Shown here one piece after another: positions 23,483 to 36,091 of a DNA stretch of 64,000 bases (the first letter of the stretch is position 1; every line of letters starts with the position of its first letter). The translations under genes were made by a program, and so were the position numbers. Below the pieces are notes generated by a model. It saw only the letters and a list, made by a program, of their open reading frames with translations, did not search any database and was not told the DNA's origin. Source of the DNA: Stegostoma tigrinum (lineage: Eukaryota); assembly GCF_030684315.1 (NCBI RefSeq), contig NC_081393.1, positions 3,228,264-3,292,263 on the forward strand. The letters run 5' to 3'.

Positions 23483-26400
23483 GAACAATAAGGACATAAG
23501 AAATCAGAGCAGTGGCAGGCTATCTGGCCCATCAAACCTGCTCCACCATTCAACAAAGTAGCCTCAACTGCTTCACTGGGCAGGGAATTCCACAGATTCA
23601 CAACCCTTTGGGTGGAGAGGTTCCTCCTCAACTCCGTCCTAAGTCTCCTCCCCCTTATTTTGAGGCTCTGTCGCCAAGTTCTAGTTTCACCTGCCAGTGG
23701 AAACAACCTCCCTGTTTACACATTATCTATTCCCTTCGTAATTTTACATGTTTCTGCAAGATTCCCCCTTCATTCTTCTAAGTTCTAATGAGTAGAGTCC
23801 CAGTGTACTCAATGTCTCCTCATAGCTACCCCTCTCAATTCTGGCATCAACTGAATGAACCTCCTCTGCGCCCCCTCCAATGTCAGTACATCCTTTCTCA
23901 AGGAAGGAGACTAAAACTGTACACAGTATCCCAGGCGTGGCCTCACCAGCACCCTGTACAGCTGCAGCATAACCTCCTTGCTTTTAAACTCAATCCCTCC
24001 AGCAGTGAGGGGCAATATTCCTTCTTGACTATCTCCTGCACCTACTAACCAGCTTTTTGTGATTCATGCACAAGGACACCCAAGTGTCTCTGCACAGCAT
24101 GCTGCGGTTTTTTACCATCTAAATAATAGTTCATTTTCTGTTATTCTGACCAAAATGGATGACTTCACATTAGCCAACATAGTATTCCATCTCCCAGACC
24201 TTCGCCACTGACTTAACCATTCCATAACCTTCTTCAGTGTCCTCTGCACACTTTGCTTTACCACTCATCTTAGTGTCATCTGCAAACTTTGACGCACTAC
24301 CCTTGGTCCCCAACTCCAAATCATCAATGTAAATTGTAAACAATTGCGGTCGCAATACTGATCCCTGAGGCACACCACTAGCCACTGATCGCCAACCAGA
24401 AAAACACCCATTTATCACCACTCTTTGTTTTCTGTTAGTTAACCAATGTTCATGCTCGTACATTACCCATAACATCTTTATCTTATGCAGCAGCCTTTTG
24501 CTCTGCACCTCATTGAACGCCTTCTGGAAATCCAGATACATATCCACCAGTTTCCCGTTGTCCATCGCTTTTGTAATGTCCTCAAAGAATTCCAGTAAAT
24601 TAGTTAAACATGACCTGCCTTTCATGAACCCATGCTATACCTGCCCAATGGAAAAATTTACATTTAGACGTCTCACTGTTTCTTCCATGATGATAGACAC
24701 TGCCAACAGGCAAAAGTCAAGCTAACAGGCCTATAGTTATCTGTCTTTTGCGTAACTCCTTTTTTGAACAGCGGCATCATTATGCTATTTTGCAATCTGC
24801 CAGAGCCAACCCAGAATCCAACAAATTTTGGTGAATTACCGCAATCTCATTTGCTATTTCCCATGCACTCAGGAATACATTCCATCAGACCAGGAGACTT
24901 GTCTACTTTTAGTCCATTAGCTTTCCCAACACTACCTCTTCAGTGATAATGATCGTGTTGAGGTCTTCACTTGCCATAGTCTCCCTATAATCAGTTATTG
25001 ACATAATATTTGTCTTCCACTGTGAAGACCAACACAAAATATCTGTTCAATGCCTTGGCCATTTCCTCATTTTCCATTATTATATCTCCCTTTTCATTCT
25101 GTAACGGACCAATGTTTACCTGAGCCACTCTTTCTTGTTTTACCTATTTATATAAACTTTTGATATCTGTTTTTATATTCTGAGCTAGTTTGCTCTCACA
25201 ATCCATCTTACTTTCCTTCATAGCTTTATCATGACTTTCTGTTGACCTTTAAAGATTTCCTAATCCTTTAGTTTCCCACTAATCTTTGCCACTTTATATG
25301 CTTTCAATTGATACCTTTCTTTATTTCCTTAGTTATCCCTGGCTGATTATCTCTTTTCCTACAGTCCTTCCTTTTCACTGGAATATACTTTTGCTGAGTA
25401 CTGTGATAAATGAAAGTCTTCTATTATTCCTCAACTGTCCTGCACCTCATCCCTCACACCCCGCCCTCGCAATAACTGCCCAAAGAGAATCCCCCTAGTC
25501 CTCAGATACCACCCCACCAACCTCCGGATACGCATCATCCTCCGTCACTGCCGCCATCTACAATCCGACCCCACCACCAAAGACAGTTTTCCCACCCCAC
25601 ACTTGTTGGCCTTCCGGAGAGACCACTCTCTCTGCGACTCCCTTGTCACTCCACACTCCCCTCCAACCCCACCACACCCGGCACTTTTCCCTGCAACCAC
25701 AGGAAGTGCTACACCTGCCCCCACACCTCCTCCCTCACCCCCATCCCAGGCCCTAAGATGACTTTCCACATCAAGCAGATGTTCACCTGCGCATCCGCCA
25801 ATGTTGTATACTGCATCCGCTGTACCAGGTGTGGCTTCCTTTACATTGGGGAAACCAAGCGGAGGCTTGGGGACTGCTTTGCAGAACACCTACGCTCGAT
25901 TCGCAGTAAACAACTGCATCTCCCAGTCACGAACCATTTTAACTCCCTCTCCCATTCCTTAGATGACATGTCCATCCCGGGCCTCCTGCAGTGCCATAAT
26001 GATGCCACCCGTAGGTTGCAGGAACAGCAACTCATATTCTGCTTGGGAACCCTGCGCCCAATGTTATCAACGTGGATTTCACCAGCTTCAAAATCTCCCC
26101 TTCCCCCACTGCATCCCAAAACCAGCCCAGCCCGTCCCCACTTTCCTAACCTGTTCTTCCTCTCACCTATCCCCTCCTCCCACCTCAAGCTGCACCTCCA
26201 TTTTCTAACCTCATCCCGCTTCCTTGACCTGTCCATCCTCGCCGGACTGACCTATCCCCTCCCCTCCTCCCCACCCATACTCTCTTCTGCACCTATCTTC
26301 TCCTCTATCTATTTCCGTCCGCCTCCTCCTCTACCCCTATTTATTTCAGAATCCTCTCCCCATCCCCCTTTTCTGATGAAGGCCCGAAACGTCAGCTTTG

Positions 26401-27060
26401 GTGCTCCTAAGATGCTGCTTGGCCTGCTGTGTTCATCCAGCTACACACTTTGTTATCTTGGGTTCTCCAGCATCTGCAGTTCCCGTTATCTCCCCTCACT
26501 CATCCCATTGTAGCCTTGTTTGATGAAGCACAAGACATTGGTGTTTGATTTTACCTTCTCACCCTCCATTTGCATTTTAAATTCAACCATACTGTGATTG
26601 GTCATTCCATGTGGATCCCTAACTATGAGTTCATTAATTATTTCTGTCTCATAACACAGGACCAGGTCGAGGATAGCTTGTTCCCTCATAGGTTCCATTA
26701 CATACTATTTGAGTAAACTATCATAGAGATATTCCCTGAATTCCTGCTCAAGGCTGCCTTGATCAATTTGGTTTGACCAATCAAAATGTAGATTAAAATC
26801 CCCAATGATAATTGCTGTGCTATTTCCACGTGTGTGAGTTATTTCTTTGTTTATTGTCCACCCCACCATGATGTTGTTATTTGGTGATCTGTAGACCATA
26901 CCTAGCTGTGACCTTTTCCCCATAGTATTTCTAATTTCCAACCACATTGAATCAACCTTTTTCTCTTCAGAACCTGTATCTTCTCTCACCACTGCCCTGA
27001 TGTCACCCTTAAATATCAGAGCTACACCACCTCCCCTTCCTTCCTCTCTGTTCTTTCGCA
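23483..27060 (-). mobile_element. CR1 LINE ORF2 (APE-RT) and 3' tail, interrupted by a PLE
   Basis: APE: GRGGGVAL, YRSPN, IIIGDFN, ILDLVL. RT: [37 protein letters not shown]. Confidence 0.95.
25443..26491 (+). mobile_element. Neptune-type PLE 3' part (Cys-rich linker, GIY-YIG endonuclease, pLTR)
   Basis: GTFPCNHRKCYTC linker and NVVYCIRCTRCGFLYIGETKRRL...EHL...HFN. The C-rich pLTR has hammerhead stem II partly deleted. Confidence 0.92.
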
Positions 27061-28248
27061 TAGCCTGAGCTTCCAAACTTTTCATCACCAGTTGGTAACT
27101 TTGTTGAAGTAAACAACAAACGTGCTCATTGCTTCACTGAGCATTCATCTTGGGCAAGCCCGAAGCTCACGCGTCAACTAAGAATGTTGCCACATGACAA
27201 AAAAGTACCATCTCCGTGGCCAAGAGGGAAAGCTGGGCCTGCCTACCCACTGAATCCATTGCAGTACCCATGTGCATTTTCAAACAGAACAGTTAGCATT
27301 GATACATTAGCAGTGTACTGATTTCCAATTGCAGTCAAAGAATTTCTCTCCTGTTGAGAAGTGGTGCTATTGATCTGTTCGGAAACAGTGATGAGCCGAA
27401 ACTAACACCCAGCTTTTAGCAAGCACTGTGGTGTAATCAATTGTTAGAAAGTGGTCTGGCTGAAAAAATGCAGTTAACCTGATTTATGAGAGTAGTTGAT
27501 AAGGAAGCTAATTTCTGCCTCCATTGAAAATATATCTGTCTCTGACAATCAATGCAATTTTGCTCACAGTTTGTCATTTCTGTTTAGGAAGAGTGGAATT
27601 GTATTCCTGTGAAGGAACAGCTTACTCAGTTATCTTGATTGTGATTCTAGGCCAGGGTAGGTGGACTGCAGTTAGTCGAGTACTGAGAAGGTGTTGGTGA
27701 AAATTATTGAGATCTACTTATCTTTGTTCCCAGAAACCCTCTCATCCTGTGTTGGCGCAGGACAGAAGACTTCAGAGTTGAAGTGTCCCACAGTGAATAA
27801 ATTGCTGTGATGCATTGTCAAGTTCCACAAATGAATAATCACTGCTTGGTAAAAGTGGAACTGAGCAACTGAACTTTGAAGAAACAAAGAGGAGACAGAA
27901 TGACATTTAAAAATATATCCATTTTCTTTTAAGGCGAAGATGATTATGTTCATTATCTGTGGCATTTGGTTATGTGAGATCTGAGGCAAAGCTGCTTCAA
28001 GTTCTCATCAGATAGTTGCTCTGCACTGGCAATTTTGCACCATCATCACATATATCGAGGGACAACTGATCAGTCTTTCATGCCTGTAAAGAAAATAATT
28101 TGGCCATTAGCATCAGGAAGACAAATGCCATGGCCCAGGGTGCCATCTGTCAGAAATGACAATACCCAAGGAAAATGAGCATATCTGCATGTGATCATAA
28201 GTAATCTGTCATTTTTAATGCTGGCAACAACGTGCATGCAGCAGAAGC

Positions 28249-28501
28249 TGCAACTGTTAAGTCTGAGCTTGAAATAACACTGCAGAAGCCAGTCTCCTGT
28301 CATCAAATCACCCTTTGTTTACAAAATGAGCAATTCTTGATTATCGCACTTCCTTATTCACAGTCAGGCACGAGAGAATTAAATTCCCTGATCGTCACTC
28401 TTTTTATCTGTCAGCCAGGACTCCCTGATTGGACCATATTAACAATCACAGAATTCAAATTCTGGGAGCTCCAGCTGCCAGGACTGATTGCAATCTCTAC
28501 A
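28249..28501. mobile_element. Solo LTR (Gypsy-like)
   Basis: TG...CA termini (tgcaac...ctaca) with a 4-bp aagc duplication at 28245-28248 / 28502-28505. Confidence 0.55.
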
Positions 28502-28699
28502 AAGCTGTATGAGAGAGCTTAGAACAACAAGCAACCTGAATGACAACCCACTGTGAGTCAATCTCCTCGGTGCAGTTCTCCACCATAGTGACCCCCAAGA
28601 AGCGTATTATTCAGCAGGAGACAAAGTTTAACACTTTCTGCATCTCAGATAACCTGGGCATCTTTTGGCCTGAAAAAACTTGTGTGTTTATTTCACCAG

Positions 28700-29070
28700 T
28701 ACACACTCACTACAAAGCCAACAACATCTGTGCTGACCACATTCATTGGATAGATTGCAGCCCTATCCCCTTTCTGAATGGTGAACTGGTTACTGGATCA
28801 CAACCTTGTCGATGTTCATGCTTGCACTGTATGGATGCCTGCAAACAAGATATGAAGATGGCAGACATTGGTAGAAACAACTAGGAGATAGTCGCTGATG
28901 ACTATAACTCCTGTTTTGAAGAAGTGAGGAGAAGTTAAAAGCTCAGCTGCTGAGAAGATAGCTCACTGAGACAGAGGACAGTGAATCATACACCTTCTCA
29001 GCCCACTGTTTTCAACTGCACCGGCTGTGGCAAAGGCAACCATGTGACAGCAGTACTGCTGAGACACTCC
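28700..29070 (+). mobile_element. RTE-clade LINE 3' fragment
   Basis: GELVTGSQP..C..LH..DACKQDMKMADI matches the RTE C-terminal GEL..G.RP.GRP.LRYKD.CK.DMK pattern. Confidence 0.6.
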
Positions 29071-29737
29071 AGGTAATATTTAATATCAGGTTGGCCACCA
29101 AAGAGAATAATTTTATGATATGGAAAGCTGTTACAAGAACTATGATATTTTACACCAAATATTCCCAGGTCAATCCTAAAGGATTGCATTCAAAGAGCGA
29201 GAAGTTCTTTCTTTTCATGTGAACATGTGAGCTTCAAACTAATTCTTTCAGACAGAGGAGAAACTCCTTTAGTTCAGTTATTGAGGCAGAGGTTTCTGGT
29301 CTCTCTCTAATTGCAAGTCAGTTCCTTCTGCTTCGTCATCACTGTGAGAGGTTTGTTCTTCTGGCTTAATAACTAATTGAGAGAGAGAATCCTGCAGTTA
29401 CAAATCTCTATCAGCTCTGCAGCAAGTTATAGATCTGTGTCTACTTGTAGATGGTTAGGAGGCCCACATCCTTGGCTTGCAAAGCTATCGAGCGTGCAGA
29501 TCTGTCAAGAGTTGAAGCCTCTTGAGAACTGCAGCTGTGCACTCAGACCCAGTTGGTTGGAATTTTGCACTTGAGATAAAAAGCTGAGAATTAAAATCCA
29601 CTCTTGTACTTCAACGCATGATCTAATATGGATCAGCAGTATGGAATTGGACGTTCACTGCACTGCCTTGTGAATCAGACTTTGTACCAAGGCCTTGCCT
29701 GCCCAGTCAAGTGGACAAGTTCCACAGAACATATTTC

Positions 29738-30360
29738 AGTCATAGAGTCATACAGCCTGGTCCAAATCATCCATACTGACCGAATTTCCAAACTAAGTCA
29801 GTTCCACTTGCCTGCATTTGTCCCATATCTCTCTTAACCTTTCCAATTCATGTACCTGTCCAAATGCCTTTTGGCACATGAATGGGAGCCAGAGGGAGAG
29901 AAATTGCATGTGCAGAATAAGTAGCAGGTCTGAACAGGGATTAGAAATCGGCGCAGGCTTGGTGGGCCAAAATGCCTGTTCTTGTGCTGTTTGTATTGTA
30001 TTAAATGTTGCTGTTGTTACCTATATCTAGCACTTCCTCTGGCAATTCATTCCACAAACAAAACACCCTCTGTGTGAGAAATTTTCCCTTCAAGTCCTTT
30101 TAAAATCATTTTCCTCTCAGTTTAAATTTATGCCCTCTTGTTTTGAACTCCCCAAGCCAAAGGAAAAGATGCCTGTGATTCACCTTATCTCTGCCCCTAT
30201 GATTTTATAAACCTGAACAAGGCCACCCCTCAAACTCCTGTGCTTCAATGAAAGACGTCCTAGCTTATCCAGTCTCTCGTATAACTCAAGCCCTCCAGTT
30301 CTGGTAACATCCTTGTAAATCTTTTCTGCATCTTCTCTAATTCAATAATATCCTTCCTCT
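29738..30360 (-). mobile_element. CR1 3' fragment containing a second CR1 tail in opposite orientation (29871-29998)
   Basis: The tail gtcatagagtcatacagc... and the body match the other CR1 3' ends in the window. Confidence 0.75.
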
Positions 30361-30711
30361 CGGAAAGTTTTCTTGAGTGTGGGCCAATATTTATATCTTT
30401 GTAATTAGGAGGTCTTTCGGAGGGTGGACTGAAGCAAAATCTTTCAACTTCTGGTGAAAATCAAACCCAAAGGTCATAAATTCAGGAGAAACCTCTTTAC
30501 TCAGAGAGTGGCAAGACTATAAGTCTCAGTTCCACGGGGAGTGGTCGAGCTAAATCTTATTCTTTTTAATCAATTCTTTGCCCAAGGAGAGGAGCTTAAA
30601 TTGTAGCATGCGCCACTTCTGCTCCTGCTTGAGTTATGTTGGCAACACAGGCTCCACCAACATTTATATGGGTAGCACAAGCTGAATCAGGTGTGACAAG
30701 CACACACAAAG

Positions 30712-30807
30712 TAAACAGAAACCCTGGAGAAACTCAGCAGGTCTGGCAGCATCTATGGAGAAAAAACAGTGTTAACGTTTCTAGTCCAATGACTCTTCTT
30801 CAGAACA
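30712..30807 (-). mobile_element. Short PLE-tail element with an intact minimal hammerhead
   Basis: tgtt-CTGAAGA-ag-agtc attg gact-a-GAAAC-GTT-aaca, with a 4-bp stem I and a 4-bp stem II. Confidence 0.75.
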
Positions 30808-31229
30808 GTTAGGCTGAATGGTTGATTTCTGTGCTGCCTGCTCAATCTAACTCATTGTCAGTGGATTCCAAGCTATTCGGAGAGATTAAGATCAAGACAT
30901 GTGTACCTTCTCTTTTGTGGAGAAAGTTGAGTGATTCTCTCAGTCTTACCCCTCTCATTGCATCATCAGTGTTAGATGTGCTTCCTGTTTTAAGTGCTCT
31001 GACAATTTATAACCGCCACCTCCTATTTCTGAACTTTGAAATAAAGACATTAACAAATAAAACAATATGATGAACGAGGCATCCACATTCAATATGAATC
31101 CAGGGAACTTTACCCAAGTGTTCTTCCAAGATTTATTTTCTGACCACCATCGCTGAAACCAGTGACCTGGCCATGACCTCAATATTGCATCTGGGAATTA
31201 ACTCTCAGAATTATTTCTTAAATTGTAAC

Positions 31230-31700
31230 ACTGTCAATGGAACAAAAAAGGTATTTTCCTGCGATTGTGAAAGGCACAATATAAATGTGTCTTTTATTTG
31301 AGATGTTTACAAGGGTTCTGGTAATTGGTTTGAACTTGTAAACTGAACGACCAAAGGCAGTGTTTATAAGGTTAGCACTAAAAGCTTTGTCAGCAGCATG
31401 TGAAATTAGCATTGGGAGAAACCTGCTGCACTTGTTCATTTTAATCAGGGCGGGAATTCCCTTGAGAAAATGTGAAATATGAACTGATTGGATCCCTTTA
31501 TCCTGCATTGATTTAATGTTACAAACGGGCTGGCAGTCAAGGATATTTGTAATTTTACAAGTGTCAATACAGTAAACTGATAAAAAGTTGTAACTGTATG
31601 AGAGAATACAGTAAACAAGTAGTGTGTCAATGAATCTGCTGCAGACAATCAGCATGGTGTGAAACATCAGTTGGGACCACTGGAATGGTCATTGTCATTC
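31230..31700. promoter_or_regulatory. Candidate conserved non-coding element
   Basis: Repeat-free and AT-rich, with several forkhead-like (TGTTTAC, GTAAACA, TGTTTAT) and homeodomain-like motifs. Conservation was not tested. Confidence 0.3.
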
Positions 31701-34214
31701 TCTGACAAACTTCTGATGGATTTGATTTAACTGATAATTCATTGGTTTTCATTTTCATATATTTTATGATTGTGTTCTGAATTTCCAAGACAAAGCAGGC
31801 ATGGAATGAGCACTCTGATGCCTGAGGATTCCTTAACCCAATTGAACACTTCAGGGACCAACCCACTCTCTTCACGCAGCTATTTGACAGATGTTTCAGC
31901 CAATTTGACTGTTGAAGCAGAGAGATAACCAGAGGAGTGAACTAGCGAAACCCTAATTGACCTCTGCTAGTCTTTACAAGTTGCTGCCTAAGTCCATCTG
32001 TGTTTGTACTTCAGCTTCAAAAATATTCTGCAAAACTATTTTTTTCTCCAGGCTTTGAAGATAAGATGTAGCAAGAAAATTGGATGATGGGTTTCCTGTA
32101 GACGTGTTATATTTGGGCTTCCATAAGGTATTTGATTATGTGCCACACAAAGGGGTAAGGAACAAGGTAAAATTATACAATTTTAGCTTGGCTGCAGGAT
32201 TGGTTAACCAGTAGAAAGGTTACCTCAAATGGCTGGTTTTTGATGCAAAGTGAAGCTAACAGCTTGAACTCAGTTCCTACACATGCTGAGGTCGTCATAA
32301 AGACCTTTTCTTCTCGACCACTCTTCTCACCTGAGACGTGGAAACCCTCAGGTTAAAGCACCAACAGTCCTCTCTTTCTTATAAGAGAGCAGCCTAGTGG
32401 TTTTATAGGACTGTGCCAACTTTCCAGTTTTACTATTTGGTTCACTCACTCCCCATGTCAGTAAGTTGCACATTCTCATCACTCTGAGTAAATAAGTTTC
32501 TCCTGAATTTCTGCTAGATGGGTTGATTGATCTTCATCTTACATTTATGACTCTTAATCTCGGCCTGCTTCTTAAGCGGAAACATTTCTATTCCTGCTCT
32601 TTTATAAGCACAAACAAGAGAACAAAGTATATTACCATTTACAAGGCATCAGGTTCTTCCTCAAGAGTTCATTTGACGCAGTCAGCGAAGGGCCATATTC
32701 TTTCCACTGTAATCTAATCAAAGCCTGTGCTTGCTAGTTGCTAGCTCCAAGGAATCTTCAAAATAAATTTCACTGAGGTCAGTTCCTCAGAGAATGAGCA
32801 GTAAATTAATAGTTCGATTTTGCTGGAAGAATTACATACCTTGTTTGGAACAGAAACAAGCTACTTGGTCCAACAGGCCCATACCAGAGATTATACATCA
32901 CATGAACCACCTCATACACCATCATACTTCCATCAGTATATCCTTCTGATCCTTTATTTCTCATACATCTCTCCCAGTTTACCTTGAAATCAGTTTATGT
33001 TCACTTCGAATACTGTCCATTTTTTATTCATTCATGTGATGTGGGCGTTGCTGGCTAGACCAGCATTTATTGTCCACCCCTAATTGCCTGGAGGGCAGTT
33101 AAGAATCAACCACTTTGCTGTGGGCTTGGAGTCAAAGGTAGGCCAGACCAGGTAAGGACGGCAGCTATCCTTCCCTAAAGGACATTAGTGATTAATAGTC
33201 CAGCAATAATACCACCAATCGATCGCCTACCCTCAAAAAATGCTGTAGTGGCTGCAAAGCACTTGGGATGTCCTGATGTCATGAAAGACGTTATAAAAAT
33301 TGAATTATTTATTTTCAGTCACTTCATTCTATGTAAGACCTGCTGGAAGTTAAAAGTAATAGTTTTTGATGCTGATTCATAGCTCAGCAGCATATTTCAG
33401 ACCATTGGATTCATTGAACATTAAAGGCCAGTACATTAAAGGATGTGCGGTGTCAGTAAAGTGCCAGTCATCCACAGTGTTTTTGGACATCCACAACATT
33501 TCTAATTATTTCCATTATGTGACATTGATGAGTTTGAAATGAGCACTCAGTAAATTTACAACAGCTGTATCGGATCAAGAGGTGAATTATGTTTTTTACA
33601 GGCTTTGTTTGCAGGATTGTTGGATTGGATGTACAAGAGCATCTGTCATTTCTACAAAAGAAAATTAAGTATGGAAAAGACACAACTAGAGAACAAAAGA
33701 AGAGCTGGCGATGGGAGAGAGGAGAGCACAGTGACCAAAAGACATGTGGGGTGGATGCAGAAGGATAATGAAGAAACTAAAACTGTACGTTGGTGATTTC
33801 AAAAACAGCAGAAAAGAAACATTACATGAATAATTTGGAGCAAGTAACTGAAAGAAAAATGCTAATGGTAAATGCAGAAAAGAATGTTGTGGAAGGAATT
33901 AAGGACGAGATTTACTGTCTAGCAACTAAGAAAATGTCAAATTCTGACTGTCCAAAACCAACAGAGAGTTGTGTTCATGTTCCAAAGATGCTTCTTGTTT
34001 AATAGTTCTTGGAAGACCTTGGTTGTGAAGGATTATGGAAAAATTGTCATATTTCAAATGTCGCAGAAATACCTCAAGTGATTTTTTTATTTGGAAGAGG
34101 TTGTTCAACAGTTATTGTGGACATTGAAAATACATTTTAACAAGACTTTCTGTGAATCATGCGACTGGTGATAACAGCTTGTTTTGCTGTCTACCTCAGC
34201 AGGGACTGTTTGAA

Positions 34215-36091
34215 CAGTGATAATGGGAACTGCAGATGCTGGAGAATCCAAGATCATAAAATGTGAGACTGGATGAACACAGCAGGCCAAGCAGCATCTC
34301 AGGAGCACAAAAGCTGACGCTTCGGGCCTAGACTCTTCATCAGAGAGGGGGATGGGGTGAGGGTTCTGGAATAAATGGGGAGAGAGGGGGAGGCGGACCA
34401 AAGATGGAGAGAAAAGAAGATAGGTGGAGAGAGTATAGGTGGGGAGGTAGGGAGGGGATAGGTCAGTCCAGGGAAGACGGACAGGTCAAGGAGGTGGGAT
34501 GAGGTTGGTAGGTAGGAGATGGGTGTGCAGCTTGGGGTGGGAGGAAGGGATGGGTGAGAGGAAGAACAGGTTAGGGAGGCGGAGACAGGTTGGACTGGTT
34601 TTGGGATGCAGTGGGTGGAGGGGAAGAGCTGGGCTGGTTGTGTGGTGCAGTGGGGGGAGGGGACGAACTGGGCTGGTTTTGGGATGCGGTGGGGGAAGGG
34701 GAGATTTTGAAGCTGGTGAAGTCCACATTGATACCGTTGGGCTGCAGGGTTCCCAAGTGGAATATGAGTTGCTGTTCCTGCGACCTTTGGGTGGCATCAT
34801 TGTGGCACTGCAGGAGGCCCATGATGGACATGTCATCTAAAGAATGAGAGGGGGACTGGAAATGGTTTGCGACTGGGAGGTGCAGTTGTTTGTTGCGAAC
34901 CGAGGGGAGGTGTTCTGCAAAGTGGTCTCCAAGCCTCCGCTTGGTTTCCCCAATGTAGAGGAAGCCACACCGGGTACAGTGGATGCAGTATACCACATTG
35001 GCAGATGTGCAGGTCAACCTCTGCTTAATGTGCAATGCCATCTTGGGGCCTGGGATAGGGGTGAGGGAGGAGGTGTGGGGGCAAGTTCTCACACACCACC
35101 CCACCAACCTCCGGATACAACGCATCATCCTCCGACACTTCCGCCATCTACAATCCAACCCCACCACCCAAGACATTTTTCCATCCCCACCCCTGTCTGC
35201 TTTCCGGAGAGACCTCTCTCTCCGTGACTCCCTTGTTCGCTCCACACTGCCCTCCAACCCCACCACACCCGGCATCTTCCCCTAAAACCGCAGGAAATGC
35301 TACACTTGCCCCCACACCTCCCCCCTCACCCCTATCCCAGGCCCCAAGATGACATTCCACATTAAGCAGAGGATCACCTGCACATCTGCCAATGTGGTAT
35401 ACTGCATCCACTGTACCCGGTGTGGCTTCCTCTACATTGGGGAAACCAAGCGGAGGCTTGGAGACCGCTTTGCAGAACACCTCCGCTCAGTTCGCAACAA
35501 ACAACTGCACCTCCCAGTCGCAAACCATTTCCACTCCCCCTCCCATTCTTTAGATGACGTCCTTCATGGGCCTCCTGCAGTGCCACAATGATGCCACCCG
35601 AAGGTTGCAGGAAAGCAACTCATATTCCGCTTGGGAACCCTGCAGCCCAACGGTATCAATGTGGACTTCACCAGCTTCAAAATCTCCCCTTCCCCCACCG
35701 CATCCCTAAACCAGCCCAGTTTGTCCCCTCCCCCCACTGCACCACACAACCAGCCCAGCTCTTCCCCTCCACCCACTGCATCCCAAAACCAGTCCAACCT
35801 GTCTCTGCCTCCCTAACCTGTTCTTCCTCTCACCCATCCCTTCCTCCCACCCCAAGCTGCACACCCATCTCCTACCTACCAACCTCATCCCACCTCCTTG
35901 ACCTGTCCGTCTTCCCTGGACTGACCTATCCCCTCCCTACCTCCCCACCTATACTCTCTCCACCTATCTTCTTTTCTCTCCATCTTCGGTCCGCCTCCCC
36001 CTCTCTCCCTATTTATTCCAGAACCTTCACCCCATCCCCCTCTCTGATGAAGGGTCTAGGCCCGAAACGTCAGCTTTTGTGCTCCTGAGAT
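34215..36091. mobile_element. Young head-to-head Neptune-type PLE insertion (two GIY-YIG + pLTR arms)
   Basis: Minus arm 34215-35086 and plus arm 35087-36091 both encode NVVYCIHCTRCGFLYIGETKRRL. 16-bp duplication actgtttgaacag(t/c)ga at 34205-34220 / 36092-36107. Confidence 0.95.
36041..36073 (+). ncRNA. Minimal hammerhead ribozyme motif
   Basis: tct-CTGATGA-a-gggt ctag gccc-GAAAC-GTC-ag. Confidence 0.7.
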
